This document shows, in pieces, positions 9,524 to 21,099 of a DNA stretch of 64,000 nucleotides. A program made the translations under genes and the position numbers. Below the pieces are notes generated by a model, which searched no databases, was not told the origin of the DNA, and worked only from the letters and a program-made list of their open reading frames with translations. The stretch comes from a virus. Lineage: Duplodnaviria; Caudoviricetes. Location of the stretch: IMG/VR virus record IMGVR_UViG_3300010352_001543. One strand, written 5' to 3'. Each line of letters starts with the position of its first letter. Position 1 is the stretch's first letter.

Positions 9524-10522
9524 TTACTTTAATTTCACTAATATATTATCGCCGATTTGTCCTGTTCCATATGAAATAGCATTAGGTGACATTTCTACAT
9601 CACAGATTATTGCTTTTCCTGTTATGTCAGTTGAAAGTTCTGTTCCTGTTGTGTTAACAGCTTCTGCTAAATTAACATAGCCTAAACCAAAAACTGTTAA
9701 AGAACCTTCGGTGTTTGCTAATAGTTCATTCTCTGATGTAATACCCATACAATATTCTCCTTCAGCTGGCACACCAGTCGCTGAAAATGCAACAAATCTA
9801 TATCGAGGAATAGCGGATGTTTTAGTAACATTTAAAGTATTTGTTGTTCCACCACCAGCAGGTCCAGTTGGTCCTGTTGGTCCACCTTCAGGACCTGTAG
9901 GTCCTTGTGGACCGGTTGGTCCGGTTACAGTACTTTCATCCCCTTGTGGTCCAGTTGGTCCTGTAGGACCAGTAACAGTACTTACTGCACCTGTAGGTCC
10001 AGTAACAGTACTCGACGCACCTGTAGGTCCAGTAACAGTACTCGCTGCACCTGCAGCGCCTGTAGGTCCGGTCGGACCAATTGGTCCAATATCACCTTCA
10101 GCTCCTTTAGGTCCTGTTTTTCCGGTTGGTCCGGTTGGTCCGGTTGGTCCGGTGACAGAAGGACCTGTTGGACCTGTTGGACCTTCTATATCTGAATCTG
10201 CTCCGGTTGGTCCGGTGGCGCCAACTGGTCCTGTATCACCTGTCTCTCCTTTTCTTCCGGTAGGCCCTTGTGGTCCGGTAGGCCCAGTAACAATACTTGC
10301 TGCACCTGTAGGTCCAGTAACAGTACTCGCTGCACCTGCAGCGCCTGTAGGTCCGGTCGGACCAATTGGTCCAATATCACCTTCAGCTCCTTTAGGTCCT
10401 GTAGATCCTTGTGGTCCAGTAGGTCCTGTATCACCTTCAGCCGGACCTGTTGGTCCGGTTGCGCCCATAGGTCCTTGTGTCCAAGCAGGTGCTCCTAAAA
10501 TTACATATTCTGGATTTGCCAT
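9524..10522 (-). CDS. Collagen-like (GPT) fibre protein with C-terminal DUF2190-like domain
   Basis: Gly-X-Y repeats; C-terminal RYRFVAF...MGIT...GKA...GD.I.V.L. Confidence 0.75.
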   Translation of the reverse strand: MANPEYVILGAPAWTQGPMGATGPTGPAEGDTGPTGPQGSTGPKGAEGDIGPIGPTGPTGAAGAASTVTGPTGAASIVTGPTGPQGPTGRKGETGDTGPVGATGPTGADSDIEGPTGPTGPSVTGPTGPTGPTGKTGPKGAEGDIGPIGPTGPTGAAGAASTVTGPTGASSTVTGPTGAVSTVTGPTGPTGPQGDESTVTGPTGPQGPTGPEGGPTGPTGPAGGGTTNTLNVTKTSAIPRYRFVAFSATGVPAEGEYCMGITSENELLANTEGSLTVFGLGYVNLAEAVNTTGTELSTDITGKAIICDVEMSPNAISYGTGQIGDNILVKLK

Positions 10523-10612
10523 TATATCTCTCCAATTTTTTTAATCGTTTTCATTATTTATGTTTTATTTGAGTATTATAATGTATATATTTTTTAAAAA
10601 AATCACTAAAAC

Positions 10613-10647
10613 AAAAAAGAGAATATCTTCTTGAAATATTCTCTTTT
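10613..10647 (-). terminator. Rho-independent terminator
   Basis: aaaagagaatat/atattctctttt stem. Confidence 0.65.
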
Positions 10648-10666
10648 AATAGTAAAAAAATTCTTT

Positions 10667-10999
10667 TTATTTTCCACCATCTACAATAGTATATACATCA
10701 ACAGTTCCTGTTGGTGCATCTTCTCCTGTTCCAGGAACCCATCTAATTCTCAACCCTAAACAGAGACTGTTATTTGGAAATGAAGTGCTTCCCGAAGCTG
10801 AATTTAACTCAGCTGTATGAATTTGAATCCAAACTTCATCATCTTTTTCCATTAACATATCTATATAAATATTACCTACACCGGTCATGTTTTTCCATAT
10901 ATATGTAGTAGCAGAATGTAACTGATAATATCGCTCAGCTGATATTATAGTAGGAGAAGTAAAAGCTACTCCTAAATCTTGATCTTTTAAAATTATCAT
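10667..10999 (-). CDS. Hypothetical beta-rich (probable virion) protein
   Basis: 110-aa ORF preceded by an AATATATA box. Confidence 0.55.
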   Translation of the reverse strand: MIILKDQDLGVAFTSPTIISAERYYQLHSATTYIWKNMTGVGNIYIDMLMEKDDEVWIQIHTAELNSASGSTSFPNNSLCLGLRIRWVPGTGEDAPTGTVDVYTIVDGGK

Positions 11000-11025
11000 T
11001 GAATTTTTGTTTTTTTATTTATATA

Positions 11026-12579
11026 TTAAAAAGCCTCATATTCCTGTTCCTTCAAATCTTCTATAAACTGATAGATTGTTTTATCAGCTATGAAGTCAGT
11101 CATATTTTGTGCTTGTTGAGAAAGTGTCTCACTAAATATAGGTTCGATAGTTTCTCGTTCCATACTTTCGTGATAATGCTTAAATATTTCATTATAATAT
11201 TTAACACAATAAGAATAGTTTTGTTCTATAAATCTTTTATCTCGCTTATTGGTTTGATAATAATATATGTAAAGTTGCGCCATCACTTGTATCGCCCACA
11301 TATCAATATAATTATTAAACGGTTTAACTTTCTTAGCATGTTTAACCGCATATATCATATTATCCGTATATCCTACAAAACTTTGGTCATAAGAATATTG
11401 CGCATTGTTGATTCTTGTAATCGAATCGCGCTTCTCATGCCAGTAATAAACCACGTCAGGTAAGAACATTATTTTTTCTTGTTCTGAACTAACCAACCTA
11501 ATAATAGTATTAAATCCATTGTCTTCATTTGCACGTGTCTCATTAAATCTAATTTTATATTTGTCTATGAATGCACGAGTATAAAGTTTTCCGAACATCC
11601 AAACTAAATCACTTTGATGATTTATAAAAGTTAAATTTTCGTGTTGTTCAGCAAAGCATCCAACTATCGTATGATAACCTTCATTCGTTTCAACCGCCCT
11701 CAAAAGAATTTCAAGAGCAAACGCTCCAGCAAAAGTGTCATCGGCATCAATACACGTGAAATAAGGAGAACCGGAATTATCTATTCCGTACTGTCTCGCC
11801 ACACCAGGTCCACCATTTTCAGGAAGAGTTATTTCTTTAATTTCTACATACTCACTGAACTGATCCACAAATTTTTCATATCCAATGCCATCAGCATCGT
11901 TTACAATAGTTATACTTAGTTTATCAACAATTGATTGCATAACAATAGAAGCGAGTGTCCGTTCTATTGTATTTTGAGCATTGTAAGCGGGAATTATAAC
12001 GTCTATTTTTTTATTCATATTTATTGGTTTCCTTGTATCGTGCCACCACATAGTTCCTCTACCTGGATCTGTAGCACAATGTAAAAAGTTTACATTTGGA
12101 TAAATCTTATCAACCGCAGAACGAATTGAATCTTTTTCATAATCATGTCCGACCATAATTCCTTTACATTTAGGAATCCAATTAGTAAGGTCTTTGGTTA
12201 TTGCTTCAAAAGAATGGTCAGCATCAATAAAAATTAAATCGAATTTCTTTTTAATCTTTTTCGCTGCTTCATCCGTTGTCATTTGAAGAACTGTTGCTTC
12301 AATATCAAATCTTTTAAGGTTGTCTTTGAATATTTTTAAAAGATTTTGTTCTTTTGCTTCTTTATGCTCTTGTTCTTCACCTGGAGTTCCTAAAAATGTA
12401 TCAACAGCATAGACAGTTAGATTTTTCTTTTTGATTAAATCTGCTATCGAGCAAAGGCTCCTACCTTTCCATACACCGAGTTCTATAATTGTTCCGTTAT
12501 CTGGAACTTGTTCAACTAATTTTCGATATTGTTTTATATCACCGTCGTGAAACCATCCATCTGGAAGTTTTTTCATCAA
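11026..12579 (-). CDS. Class I SAM methyltransferase (Methyltransf_24-like) fused to a GT2 glycosyltransferase
   Basis: IELGVWKGRS, AVDTF, IFIDADHS, GHDY; then VIIPAYN, IVNDA, GPGVARQYG, IDADD, NEDNGF. Confidence 0.88.
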   Translation of the reverse strand: MMKKLPDGWFHDGDIKQYRKLVEQVPDNGTIIELGVWKGRSLCSIADLIKKKNLTVYAVDTFLGTPGEEQEHKEAKEQNLLKIFKDNLKRFDIEATVLQMTTDEAAKKIKKKFDLIFIDADHSFEAITKDLTNWIPKCKGIMVGHDYEKDSIRSAVDKIYPNVNFLHCATDPGRGTMWWHDTRKPINMNKKIDVIIPAYNAQNTIERTLASIVMQSIVDKLSITIVNDADGIGYEKFVDQFSEYVEIKEITLPENGGPGVARQYGIDNSGSPYFTCIDADDTFAGAFALEILLRAVETNEGYHTIVGCFAEQHENLTFINHQSDLVWMFGKLYTRAFIDKYKIRFNETRANEDNGFNTIIRLVSSEQEKIMFLPDVVYYWHEKRDSITRINNAQYSYDQSFVGYTDNMIYAVKHAKKVKPFNNYIDMWAIQVMAQLYIYYYQTNKRDKRFIEQNYSYCVKYYNEIFKHYHESMERETIEPIFSETLSQQAQNMTDFIADKTIYQFIEDLKEQEYEAF

Positions 12580-12899
12580 TCAACAATTCCTAACTTTAGT
12601 TTTTCTAAAAGTACTTGTTGTTTTATAGTTTCGAGTTTAAGCTCATCAATTTCTTTTGAGCGATTATGTTCTTCTTGAAGTTTTTCTGCTGGTCGTGCTA
12701 TAACTGCTCGTTGTGCCATTCTTAATGCTACATCATTTATTGCTGTTGGGTCGGCGACAACAAGAGCAATATCTTCGGCATTACACATTTCTGCTTTGTT
12801 CCAGAGTTCGCCATCGTTAATTATTTCGATTTGAAGAAGTAATCCATATTCACCTTTTTCATTTTGGTGAAGATTGTTTATAAGTATTCGGTGTTCCAT
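12576..12899 (-). CDS. Hypothetical protein
   Basis: 107-aa ORF with ATGA overlap to the downstream gene. Confidence 0.6.
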   Translation of the reverse strand: MEHRILINNLHQNEKGEYGLLLQIEIINDGELWNKAEMCNAEDIALVVADPTAINDVALRMAQRAVIARPAEKLQEEHNRSKEIDELKLETIKQQVLLEKLKLGIVD

Positions 12900-12982
12900 T
12901 TTTTGTTAAATCCTTTTGATAATTATTATATAATGTATATATCTATTTTTTACAATTGAAGTGTAAATTTTTAAAGAAGATT

Positions 12983-14812
12983 TTAATATCCTACTACCGT
13001 TACTCCATTTTTACCATTACACACATTTATAGCTAAATTATAACTTGCTGATTCGGATGGACATCTTAAAGTTTTGGCTTTAGAAGCATTACAAGAATAA
13101 AAACAGTTTGTAAAATTCACTACATTAGCATTAACAATAGTTATATCTCCGATTAAGTTTACACAATTTCTAAAAGTACTATGCATATTTACAACATTAG
13201 ATCCAATCGTTGGAGCAGTTACCAGATTAGAGCACAGATTAAACGTGTTAGTTAATTCAGTAACTTTATTGGGTATTGTAGGAGCATTAACAAGATTAGA
13301 ACAATTATAAAATGCTTGAGACATGCCAGTAACATTAGCAGGAATCGTGGTAGAATCAATAAGATTAACACAACTATAAAAAGTTGTAGACATGTTTGTA
13401 ACATTATCGCCAATTGTTGGTGCATTAACAAGGAATGTACAGTCTCGAAAAGTTCCATACAGTGAAGTAACACTATCTGGAATTGATGGAGCTGTAACTA
13501 TAGAACAATTACGAAAAGTAAAAACCATAGTTGTAACATTAGAACCAATTGTTGGAGCATTAACAAGATTTGTACATCCATTAAAAGCCCATGACATGTT
13601 TATAACTTTATTTGGAATCTGAGTAGCGTTAACAAGATATGAGCAGTATTCAAATGTACTGCTCATATCTGTAGTGTTTATAGAAATTGCAGGAGCATTA
13701 ACAAGGCTTGTACATAATGAAAAAGTGCCGGACATACTTACTACCTTATCTGGAATTGTAGGAGCATTAACAAGATTAGAACAGTTATAAAATGTTAGAT
13801 ACATATCAGTAACATTAACACCTATTATAGGAGAATTAACGAGACTAGTACAGTATCTAAACGTTCCTGACAATGATGAGACATTATCAGGAATTGTCGG
13901 CGTGTTTACAAGATTTGTACATCCATTAAAAGTAGAAACCATATTTGTAGTATTAGTACTAATTGCTGGCGAATTTATTAGATTAACACACAAAGAAAAA
14001 GATTGATACATCTGTGTTACAGTATCTGGAATAATTGGAGCGGATATAAGATTTCTACAGTTCATATATGTAGAACCAAGAATCTGGACATTATTTCCTA
14101 TTGTAGTATTTACTAATTTAAGATTGTTATAAAAACATGACCACATATTAATCACACCATTTCCAATTGATGGTGCATTTACAAGATTACTACAGTATGA
14201 AAATGTAGTATTCATATTTACTACATTATCAGGAATGTTCGTGACATTAACAAGATTAGTACAATACTCAAATGCTGAGTTCATTAGAACAACACCTGTT
14301 CCAATATTTGGCATATTAATAAGATTTGAACAAAGACGAAAAGTATAGATCAAATTAGTAACGTTATTAGAAATAGCAGGAGAATTAATAAGATTAGTAC
14401 AACTATAAAAAGTAGAATACATAGATGTAATACTATCTGGTATCACATCTACTCCTATTAGACCAGAACAAGCATTAAACGCGTTTGCCATTGTATTTCC
14501 GACAAATTGAACATTGGCGCCAATAGAAACGTTAGTAACTGTTGTCTTCGCTCTAAACGTAGAATTAGCGTTTACTATCGTTTGCCTAATGTCAGCTCCA
14601 ACTACGTTACCCATCCTATTTGGAATATTAGGTGATGTTGATATAGCGGCACCTACCCAATTGGTTATTAATGTTGCTGTAGTATTGGTTGTAGCAGTAT
14701 AAATAGTGTTCCAAGCAAATGTTTCTTTTGGTGCGCCATCAACACCATTAAATTTAGACCAAGTGGTTATTCCCATAACTTTGGTAAAAGTTTCTACGCC
14801 ATTAATTTTCAT
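12983..14812 (-). CDS. BspA-like leucine-rich-repeat surface/adhesin protein
   Basis: About 20 tandem 22-aa repeats LVNAPTIPxxVxxMxxTFxxCxx. Confidence 0.85.
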   Translation of the reverse strand: MKINGVETFTKVMGITTWSKFNGVDGAPKETFAWNTIYTATTNTTATLITNWVGAAISTSPNIPNRMGNVVGADIRQTIVNANSTFRAKTTVTNVSIGANVQFVGNTMANAFNACSGLIGVDVIPDSITSMYSTFYSCTNLINSPAISNNVTNLIYTFRLCSNLINMPNIGTGVVLMNSAFEYCTNLVNVTNIPDNVVNMNTTFSYCSNLVNAPSIGNGVINMWSCFYNNLKLVNTTIGNNVQILGSTYMNCRNLISAPIIPDTVTQMYQSFSLCVNLINSPAISTNTTNMVSTFNGCTNLVNTPTIPDNVSSLSGTFRYCTSLVNSPIIGVNVTDMYLTFYNCSNLVNAPTIPDKVVSMSGTFSLCTSLVNAPAISINTTDMSSTFEYCSYLVNATQIPNKVINMSWAFNGCTNLVNAPTIGSNVTTMVFTFRNCSIVTAPSIPDSVTSLYGTFRDCTFLVNAPTIGDNVTNMSTTFYSCVNLIDSTTIPANVTGMSQAFYNCSNLVNAPTIPNKVTELTNTFNLCSNLVTAPTIGSNVVNMHSTFRNCVNLIGDITIVNANVVNFTNCFYSCNASKAKTLRCPSESASYNLAINVCNGKNGVTVVGY

Positions 14813-14813
14813 C

Positions 14814-17804
14814 TTAAATCTCCACCCAAGTATTATCAGGACAAAAAAATATAATGTCTGCCGTTTCGCAATAACCCACTATTCTAACAATATTTGTAGT
14901 TGTCGCCGGAGCAGTTTCCGTAATTGCACCACCTGTTGCTGCACTTATATACTGTGCTTTTGTAGGTGTCATATTGAAAACTGAAGCATCTTGAAAATAA
15001 CCTTTAATTAGAAATATGCCAGGATTATTTGCTGTAATAGCGTCTGTTGCCATTACTATCATTACCCCACCAGATGTTAGCACAGAATCCGCTTTTGCTA
15101 ACCACATTTTTCCATCCGATTTTAAGTAGCATATTTGACCAGATGTTAAATTTTCCCCTGCGGTTTTTGTTACCGTAATTCCAGAATAAGTATGATCTGC
15201 AGGGGCAGCGGTAAAACTTATAGTCGTACTAGCAGGTCCTGTTGGTCCTGTGACAGTGCTGGCAGCTCCTTGCGCTCCGGTTGGTCCGGTTGGTCCAGTG
15301 ACAGTGCTGGCAGCTCCTTGCGCTCCGGTTGGTCCTGTTTTGCCAGTTGGACCGGTTACAGTGCTCGCAGCACCTGTTGGTCCTGTTGGTCCAGTGACAG
15401 TTGAGGCAGCTCCTTGCGCTCCGGTTGGTCCGGTTGGACCAGGAACTAAACTTGCCGTTCCTTGAGCACCTGTTGGTCCTGTTGGTCCAGTAATTGTTGA
15501 GGCAGCTCCTTGAGCACCGGTTGATCCTGTTGGACCGGTTACAGTGCTTGCAGCACCTGTTGGTCCTGTTGGTCCAGTAATTGTTGAGGCAGCTCCTGTT
15601 GGTCCTGTTTTGCCAGTTGGACCAGTGACAGTGCTTGCAGCGCCTTGCGCTCCAGTTGGTCCGGTTGGTCCGGTTACTGTTGAATCAGCTCCTTGCGCTC
15701 CGGTTGGTCCGGTTGGTCCTGTTGGACCAGTGACAGTTGAGGCAGCTCCTTGCGCTCCTTGTGCTCCGGTTGGTCCTGTTGGACCAGTGACAGTTGAGGC
15801 AGCTCCTTGCGCTCCGGTTGGTCCTGTTGGACCAGTGACAGTTGAGGCAGCTCCTTGCGCTCCGGTTGGTCCTGTTGGACCAGTGACAGTTGAGGCAGCT
15901 CCTTGCGCTCCGGTTGGTCCTGTGACAGTGCTTGCGGCTCCTTGCGCTCCGGTTGGTCCTGTTGGACCAGTGACAGTTGAGGCAGCTCCTTGCGCGCCTG
16001 TTGGTCCTGTTGGTCCAGTGACAGTTGAGGCAGCTCCTTGCGCTCCGGTTGGTCCGGTTGGTCCGGTTGGTCCGGTTACTGTTGAATCAGCTCCTTGTGC
16101 TCCGGTTGGTCCTGTTGGACCAGTGACAGTTGAGGCAGCTCCGGTTGGTCCTGTTTTACCTGTTGGTCCGGTGACAGTTGAGGCAGCTCCAGTTGGTCCT
16201 GTTTTACCTGTTGGACCAGTGACAGTTGAGGCAGCTCCTTGCGCTCCGGTTGGTCCTGTTGGACCAGTGACAGTTGAGGCAGCACCTGTTGGACCAGTGA
16301 CAGTTGAGGCAGCTCCTTGCGCTCCGGTTGGTCCGGTTGGACCAGTGACAGTTGAGGCAGCACCTGTTGGACCAGTGACAGTTGAAGCAGCTCCTTGCGC
16401 TCCGGTTGGTCCTGTTGGACCAGTGACAGTTGAGGCAGCTCCTTGCACTCCGGTTGGTCCTGTTGGACCAGTGACAGTTGAAGCAGCTCCTTGCGCTCCG
16501 GTTGGTCCTGTTGGACCAGTGACAGTTGAGGCAGCACCTTGTGCTCCGGTTGGTCCTGTTGGACCAGTGACAGTTGAGGCAGCACCTTGCGCTCCGGTTG
16601 GTCCTGTTGGACCAGTGACAGTTGAGGCAGCACCTTGTGCTCCGGTTGGTCCTGTTGGACCAGTGACAGTTGAGGCAGCACCTGTTGGACCAGTGACAGT
16701 TGAGGCAGCTCCTTGCGCTCCGGTTGGTCCTGTTGGTCCAGTGACATTGCTGGCAGCTCCTTGCGCTCCGGTTGGTCCTGTTGGTCCAGTGACAGTTGAG
16801 GCAGCTCCTTGCGCGCCTGTTGGTCCTGTGACAGTTGAGGCAGCTCCTTGCGCTCCGGTTGGTCCTGTTGGACCAGTGACAGTTGAGGCAGCTCCTTGCG
16901 CTCCGGTTGGTCCTGTTGGACCAGTGACAGTTGAGGCAGCTCCTTGCGCGCCTGTTGGTCCTGTTGGTCCAGTGACAGTTGAGGCAGCTCCTTGCGCTCC
17001 GGTTGGTCCTGTTGGTCCAGTGACAGTGCTTGCAGCGCCTTGCGCTCCGGTTGGTCCGGTTGGTCCGGTTACTGTTGAATCAGCTCCTTGTGCTCCGGTT
17101 GGTCCTGTTGGACCAGTGACAGTTGAGGCAGCACCTTGCGCTCCGGTTGGTCCTGTTGGACCAGTGACAGTTGAGGCAGCTCCAGTTGGTCCTGTTTTAC
17201 CTGTTGGACCAGTGACAGTTGAGGCAGCTCCTTGCGCTCCGGTTGGTCCTGTTGGACCAGTGACAGTTGAGGCAGCACCTTGCGCACCTGTTGGTCCTGT
17301 TGGACCAGTGACAGTTGAGGCAGCTCCTTGCGCTCCGGTTGGTCCTGTTGGACCAGTGACAGTTGAGGCAGCTCCTTGCGCTCCGGTTGGTCCTGTTGGT
17401 CCGATTGGACCAGTGATAGAAACACCAGCAATGCCTCGATTCCCGGTTGGTCCTGTTGGTCCTTTAATATTAGAAACAGGTCCTGTTGGTCCTGTTGGTC
17501 CAGTAATTATTGAGGCAGCTCCTTGCGCTCCGGTTGGTCCGGTTGGTCCAACCGCACCACGAACACCATCCAAACCATCTGATCCGGTTGGTCCCATTTG
17601 TCCGGTTGGTCCAGTAGGACCAATAACAGGCAAAGAAGAAACTCCATCTAAATCAGAATACCAAATTCCTTCAAAATAAGTATATGTTTTATGTGAATCA
17701 GTACAAAAATAAGTAGATAAATTTTCTAAAATACTATGATTTATGTTATTTATCTCTTCTTCTAAACCGAAGTGCTTATCGTAATAACCGGACTTTATCG
17801 CCAT
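14814..17804 (-). CDS. Long collagen-like fibre protein
   Basis: Tandem [16 protein letters not shown] repeats followed by a globular C-terminal domain ([25 protein letters not shown]). Confidence 0.85.
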   Translation of the reverse strand: MAIKSGYYDKHFGLEEEINNINHSILENLSTYFCTDSHKTYTYFEGIWYSDLDGVSSLPVIGPTGPTGQMGPTGSDGLDGVRGAVGPTGPTGAQGAASIITGPTGPTGPVSNIKGPTGPTGNRGIAGVSITGPIGPTGPTGAQGAASTVTGPTGPTGAQGAASTVTGPTGPTGAQGAASTVTGPTGPTGAQGAASTVTGPTGKTGPTGAASTVTGPTGPTGAQGAASTVTGPTGPTGAQGADSTVTGPTGPTGAQGAASTVTGPTGPTGAQGAASTVTGPTGPTGAQGAASTVTGPTGPTGAQGAASTVTGPTGPTGAQGAASTVTGPTGAQGAASTVTGPTGPTGAQGAASNVTGPTGPTGAQGAASTVTGPTGAASTVTGPTGPTGAQGAASTVTGPTGPTGAQGAASTVTGPTGPTGAQGAASTVTGPTGPTGAQGAASTVTGPTGPTGVQGAASTVTGPTGPTGAQGAASTVTGPTGAASTVTGPTGPTGAQGAASTVTGPTGAASTVTGPTGPTGAQGAASTVTGPTGKTGPTGAASTVTGPTGKTGPTGAASTVTGPTGPTGAQGADSTVTGPTGPTGPTGAQGAASTVTGPTGPTGAQGAASTVTGPTGPTGAQGAASTVTGPTGAQGAASTVTGPTGPTGAQGAASTVTGPTGPTGAQGAASTVTGPTGPTGAQGAQGAASTVTGPTGPTGPTGAQGADSTVTGPTGPTGAQGAASTVTGPTGKTGPTGAASTITGPTGPTGAASTVTGPTGSTGAQGAASTITGPTGPTGAQGTASLVPGPTGPTGAQGAASTVTGPTGPTGAASTVTGPTGKTGPTGAQGAASTVTGPTGPTGAQGAASTVTGPTGPASTTISFTAAPADHTYSGITVTKTAGENLTSGQICYLKSDGKMWLAKADSVLTSGGVMIVMATDAITANNPGIFLIKGYFQDASVFNMTPTKAQYISAATGGAITETAPATTTNIVRIVGYCETADIIFFCPDNTWVEI
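15233..17625. repeat. Coding tandem repeat array with a 48-bp main unit
   Basis: Unit approx. ccagtgacagttgaggcagctccttgcgctccggttggtcctgttgga, with shorter variants. Confidence 0.95.
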
Positions 17805-17814
17805 TTAAAAATAA

Positions 17815-18303
17815 TTAAGTTTTAATGTTTAATTTTTTGAAATCATCTTCAGAAAAAATATAAAAAATCCAACCTTGAGAATCACAAAACTGTTTAGCTG
17901 CTTTCCATTTGGAAATGTTTCTGATATATGTTAAACATTCTTTATTATATCGTTGTATTTTTTTAGTTGTTAGTTTTTCATTTAGTGCATTTAATTGTTT
18001 TGGTGGAAAACATTCAGCAATTGGTTTAACTTCAAGTAACCATTTTTTTCCTCCGGTTATCGCCCAAAAATCAATGTAGTATTTATGTTTTGTTTTATCA
18101 CCTAAATTTATATATTGTATAGGAAAAGGTTCGGATGCCCATTTTTCAATTAATGGATTTCTATCCAAAAAAATCATCAATTTCAGCTCCCAAGAACTTC
18201 TGAAAAATATTTGTTGAGCATTACCCACATATTTTTCTTTGTTTTCTGGAATATAGTAACCTTGTTTGTAATGGGTCTTGTTTTTTTTAAAAATCCAGCT
18301 CAT
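17815..18303 (-). CDS. Head completion nuclease (T4 gp4/TnsA-like)
   Basis: KYVGN, FRSSWE, KWASEP, YYIDF, LLEVKP, KWKAA. Confidence 0.88.
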   Translation of the reverse strand: MSWIFKKNKTHYKQGYYIPENKEKYVGNAQQIFFRSSWELKLMIFLDRNPLIEKWASEPFPIQYINLGDKTKHKYYIDFWAITGGKKWLLEVKPIAECFPPKQLNALNEKLTTKKIQRYNKECLTYIRNISKWKAAKQFCDSQGWIFYIFSEDDFKKLNIKT

Positions 18304-18316
18304 TTATTTTTTTAAG

Positions 18317-20230
18317 TTATTTTGAATCGTTTCGTAAACTAGAAACTAATATTTTATTATCAAAATAATCAAGATATTCTGAATTTTCTTTCTTGAAATA
18401 AAAATTAACACAACTTAGTAAATTGGTAGTGATTGAATCTCTAACTATTCTACCGTATCTATCATACCAATTTCCACGAATAAGAGGTATTTCATTTTTT
18501 TGTAAAATAATATCACCATTATAATCAATATAATTTTTTATATAATTTTGAACAGTTTCAAGAGAAAGAATATAACGGAGTTTAGTGTTTATATTCAAAT
18601 CTTCTATTTTGGCTGGTAAATTTAAATCATTTTGAAGGAAATCAGCATTATCGAACACATATGTGTTTTGTTCGTACCATGAATAATTATCCATGAAACG
18701 GGAAATCTTTTCTATATCGGAATATGTTAAGCCAATTGAACTTGTTTGAAAATTATCGTAATCACAGAGTAATCTTAATTCCTTTTCAACATCTTCCGAA
18801 ATAAATTCGATGGAAACCGAGTCTATACCAGGAACAGACTCAATTATTGCAATTAAATCAGATTTAGGTAAATAGTCAACTCTTTTATAAGCGGTCATAT
18901 AATTAGAAAGACGGATTCTAATTTCGTCCTGAATTTTTTGCTTGTCATAACCGCTAAAAGTGTTCATGTAAATATTAAGCATATAACGCTTAAATACTGG
19001 TTCCTCGAAATGTAGTATAGAACCCATTATCATATTACCTGAACGTTCTATTTGGTTTTGTATTGAATATTTTTCAAAATTAGAAAGCGCAAACTTAGTA
19101 ATATCCAAACTAAAATAATCTTCATTACTTTTATAAGATTTTGAAATGTCCGGAACAAGCATAGCAAAAATTACAAGATCAATGTATGGATCAAATTTAT
19201 CAGTCTCTGTCCATATATTAATTCGGGAGAATTGTTTCATCTGTTCAAAAAATTGTCTATAATTACTAGTTTGTGCAAGAACAAAACTTCTTGACTGCAG
19301 TGGAGCAAGAAGCTTAGTCATATTTATATCTTCTGAGGAGGAACCAAAAACAATAGGATTGGAAACTTTAATATAAAACAAATCATTAAGGTCAAAGGTA
19401 TTACCTTCAACATCATATCCATTATCTACAAATTTAAATTCAATGTTGTCTGTGTTTGAAACATTTCCAGCATAACCATCTGTTAATAAATACTGAACAG
19501 TTATTTTAGCGCCCAAGTCCGGTATTGCTCCATGAGTTTTATTTCCAAAAATAACATCAATTCCTGAAGTCATGCCTGTTTTAACAAGGTAACCTTTAGT
19601 ATCATACGGTATATCTATTAGACTGTCATATTTCTTCCATTTTTCTCCGTTCACATAAACATTTATATGAAAATGGTCAATCATGTTCTTATTCATTTGA
19701 TTAGCTTCAAATGATTGGAGTGGAGCACCCTTACCGGTGAAAGTTTGTTCTTCAAACTTTCCTTGAATTATTTTTAAATACTTTATTGACCGGTCATTAT
19801 AGATATCAATTTTTAAATCATTTTGACCATTAATAGCTAAGTAATGTAGCCCATTTGATTGACAAAGAAGAGAATTGAAGTTAGGAATAATACAATAATT
19901 TCCTGAAATGTTCTCAGGAATAACTCCGGTAGGAACAATTGAAATTTCTCCCATCGCGGCGGTTGCTCTCATTGGATCGTAACCGGCAAGGCGGGCGAGT
20001 CCATAAATTGAATTAGCACGCTGAGCAGAAGTTATAGAAAGTTCAGTTATAGAATCTTCAATATAAAAAAGATTTTCTTGCATCAGACGTTCTTGGACGT
20101 CCAGTAGCTGACCATAAGGACTTGCTGAGGTAAATACATCTTCCGACTGATTATAAATCTTCTTGATGTAATTTTTTACATCCCTAACTAGATTAGTATA
20201 TCTAATATTTTGTTTTTTGAAAAAATCCAT
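18317..20230 (-). CDS. Baseplate wedge protein (gp6-like)
   Basis: SAQRANSIYGLARLAGY, VIFGN...G.IP, YLLTDGYAGN. Confidence 0.75.
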   Translation of the reverse strand: MDFFKKQNIRYTNLVRDVKNYIKKIYNQSEDVFTSASPYGQLLDVQERLMQENLFYIEDSITELSITSAQRANSIYGLARLAGYDPMRATAAMGEISIVPTGVIPENISGNYCIIPNFNSLLCQSNGLHYLAINGQNDLKIDIYNDRSIKYLKIIQGKFEEQTFTGKGAPLQSFEANQMNKNMIDHFHINVYVNGEKWKKYDSLIDIPYDTKGYLVKTGMTSGIDVIFGNKTHGAIPDLGAKITVQYLLTDGYAGNVSNTDNIEFKFVDNGYDVEGNTFDLNDLFYIKVSNPIVFGSSSEDINMTKLLAPLQSRSFVLAQTSNYRQFFEQMKQFSRINIWTETDKFDPYIDLVIFAMLVPDISKSYKSNEDYFSLDITKFALSNFEKYSIQNQIERSGNMIMGSILHFEEPVFKRYMLNIYMNTFSGYDKQKIQDEIRIRLSNYMTAYKRVDYLPKSDLIAIIESVPGIDSVSIEFISEDVEKELRLLCDYDNFQTSSIGLTYSDIEKISRFMDNYSWYEQNTYVFDNADFLQNDLNLPAKIEDLNINTKLRYILSLETVQNYIKNYIDYNGDIILQKNEIPLIRGNWYDRYGRIVRDSITTNLLSCVNFYFKKENSEYLDYFDNKILVSSLRNDSK

Positions 20231-20242
20231 AAATAAATAATT

Positions 20243-20599
20243 TTAAAGAATATATCCAATTACTCGTTGTTTGTTTAGAGTGATGTACAGGTAAATTGTA
20301 TCCTTAACTCCATCTGTACTAAAGTCGAATTCCACATCTATATTATAACTTGTGTTTTTAATATAATGTTGAATTTGTGCCAAAAATTCTTTTCTTATGG
20401 TATCACCACGGAATCCAGTTTCAAAAAGATGACTTTCAAGATCTAATCCTAAATTATAATTGCCTAATACCTCACCTTTGTTGGTAAGCAAAATCATTCT
20501 AATTTGGTTCAGAACCATTTCTAATTCTGAACCAGTTTCAATTTTATCACTTCTATGTCTGGGATCCGATGGATCACGAAACCAAAATTCTGATATCAT
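20243..20599 (-). CDS. Baseplate wedge gp25-like protein
   Basis: QIRMILLTNKGEVLGNYNLGLDL...LFE. Confidence 0.75.
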   Translation of the reverse strand: MISEFWFRDPSDPRHRSDKIETGSELEMVLNQIRMILLTNKGEVLGNYNLGLDLESHLFETGFRGDTIRKEFLAQIQHYIKNTSYNIDVEFDFSTDGVKDTIYLYITLNKQRVIGYIL

Positions 20600-20615
20600 A
20601 TTTATATATATTTAG

Positions 20616-21074
20616 TTATCGCGAAGTATATTTATTCTGTCCTGAATTACCAAAAGATTTTCGAACTTCGTTCCGGTCAGTCTTTAGAAAACTACTACCT
20701 TTATGGCTTCCGTTTTGAACTGGACGACCATGAGTTTCATTTTCTTTTACTTTCTTTTTCGGTGCTATGTCGGGTTCTTTTTCTTGATCCTCTATATCAT
20801 CTTTTAAGTTATCTTTTGAATCAGGTTCCAAATTATCCATATCAGAATCAAAATCTGGATCGATGTTATCATCTGCATCATCGTCTTCTGTTTCAACAGA
20901 ATCAGTTTCTTCATCATCATTTATGTCTTTTGTGTCTTTATCTGCATCTTTATCTTTATCTACGACTTCTTCATCGTCATCATTTTTTCTTTTTCTTTGA
21001 GGTGGTTTTGGCGCTCCGCCGTGCTGTTCTACATACTCTTCAAAACCAAGAATGTATTTTTTAAATTCAGCCAT
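20616..21074 (-). CDS. Highly acidic protein, possible internal head/core protein
   Basis: Asp/Glu-rich middle; N-terminus KKYILGFEEYVE. Confidence 0.55.
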   Translation of the reverse strand: MAEFKKYILGFEEYVEQHGGAPKPPQRKRKNDDDEEVVDKDKDADKDTKDINDDEETDSVETEDDDADDNIDPDFDSDMDNLEPDSKDNLKDDIEDQEKEPDIAPKKKVKENETHGRPVQNGSHKGSSFLKTDRNEVRKSFGNSGQNKYTSR

Positions 21075-21099
21075 TTTAAACTCCGTTATTTTTAATTCT

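Noticed and set aside
12983-14812. LRR gene as a diversity-generating retroelement target
   Set aside because: No reverse transcriptase or template/variable repeat pair visible in the window.
15233-17625. Repeat array as CRISPR
   Set aside because: Repeats are contiguous, in-frame coding, with no unique spacers or cas genes.
15544-17679. 711-aa plus-strand ORF (and 9711-10544, 16076-16747, 17069-17431)
   Set aside because: Antisense or alternate-frame shadows of the stop-poor collagen repeats.
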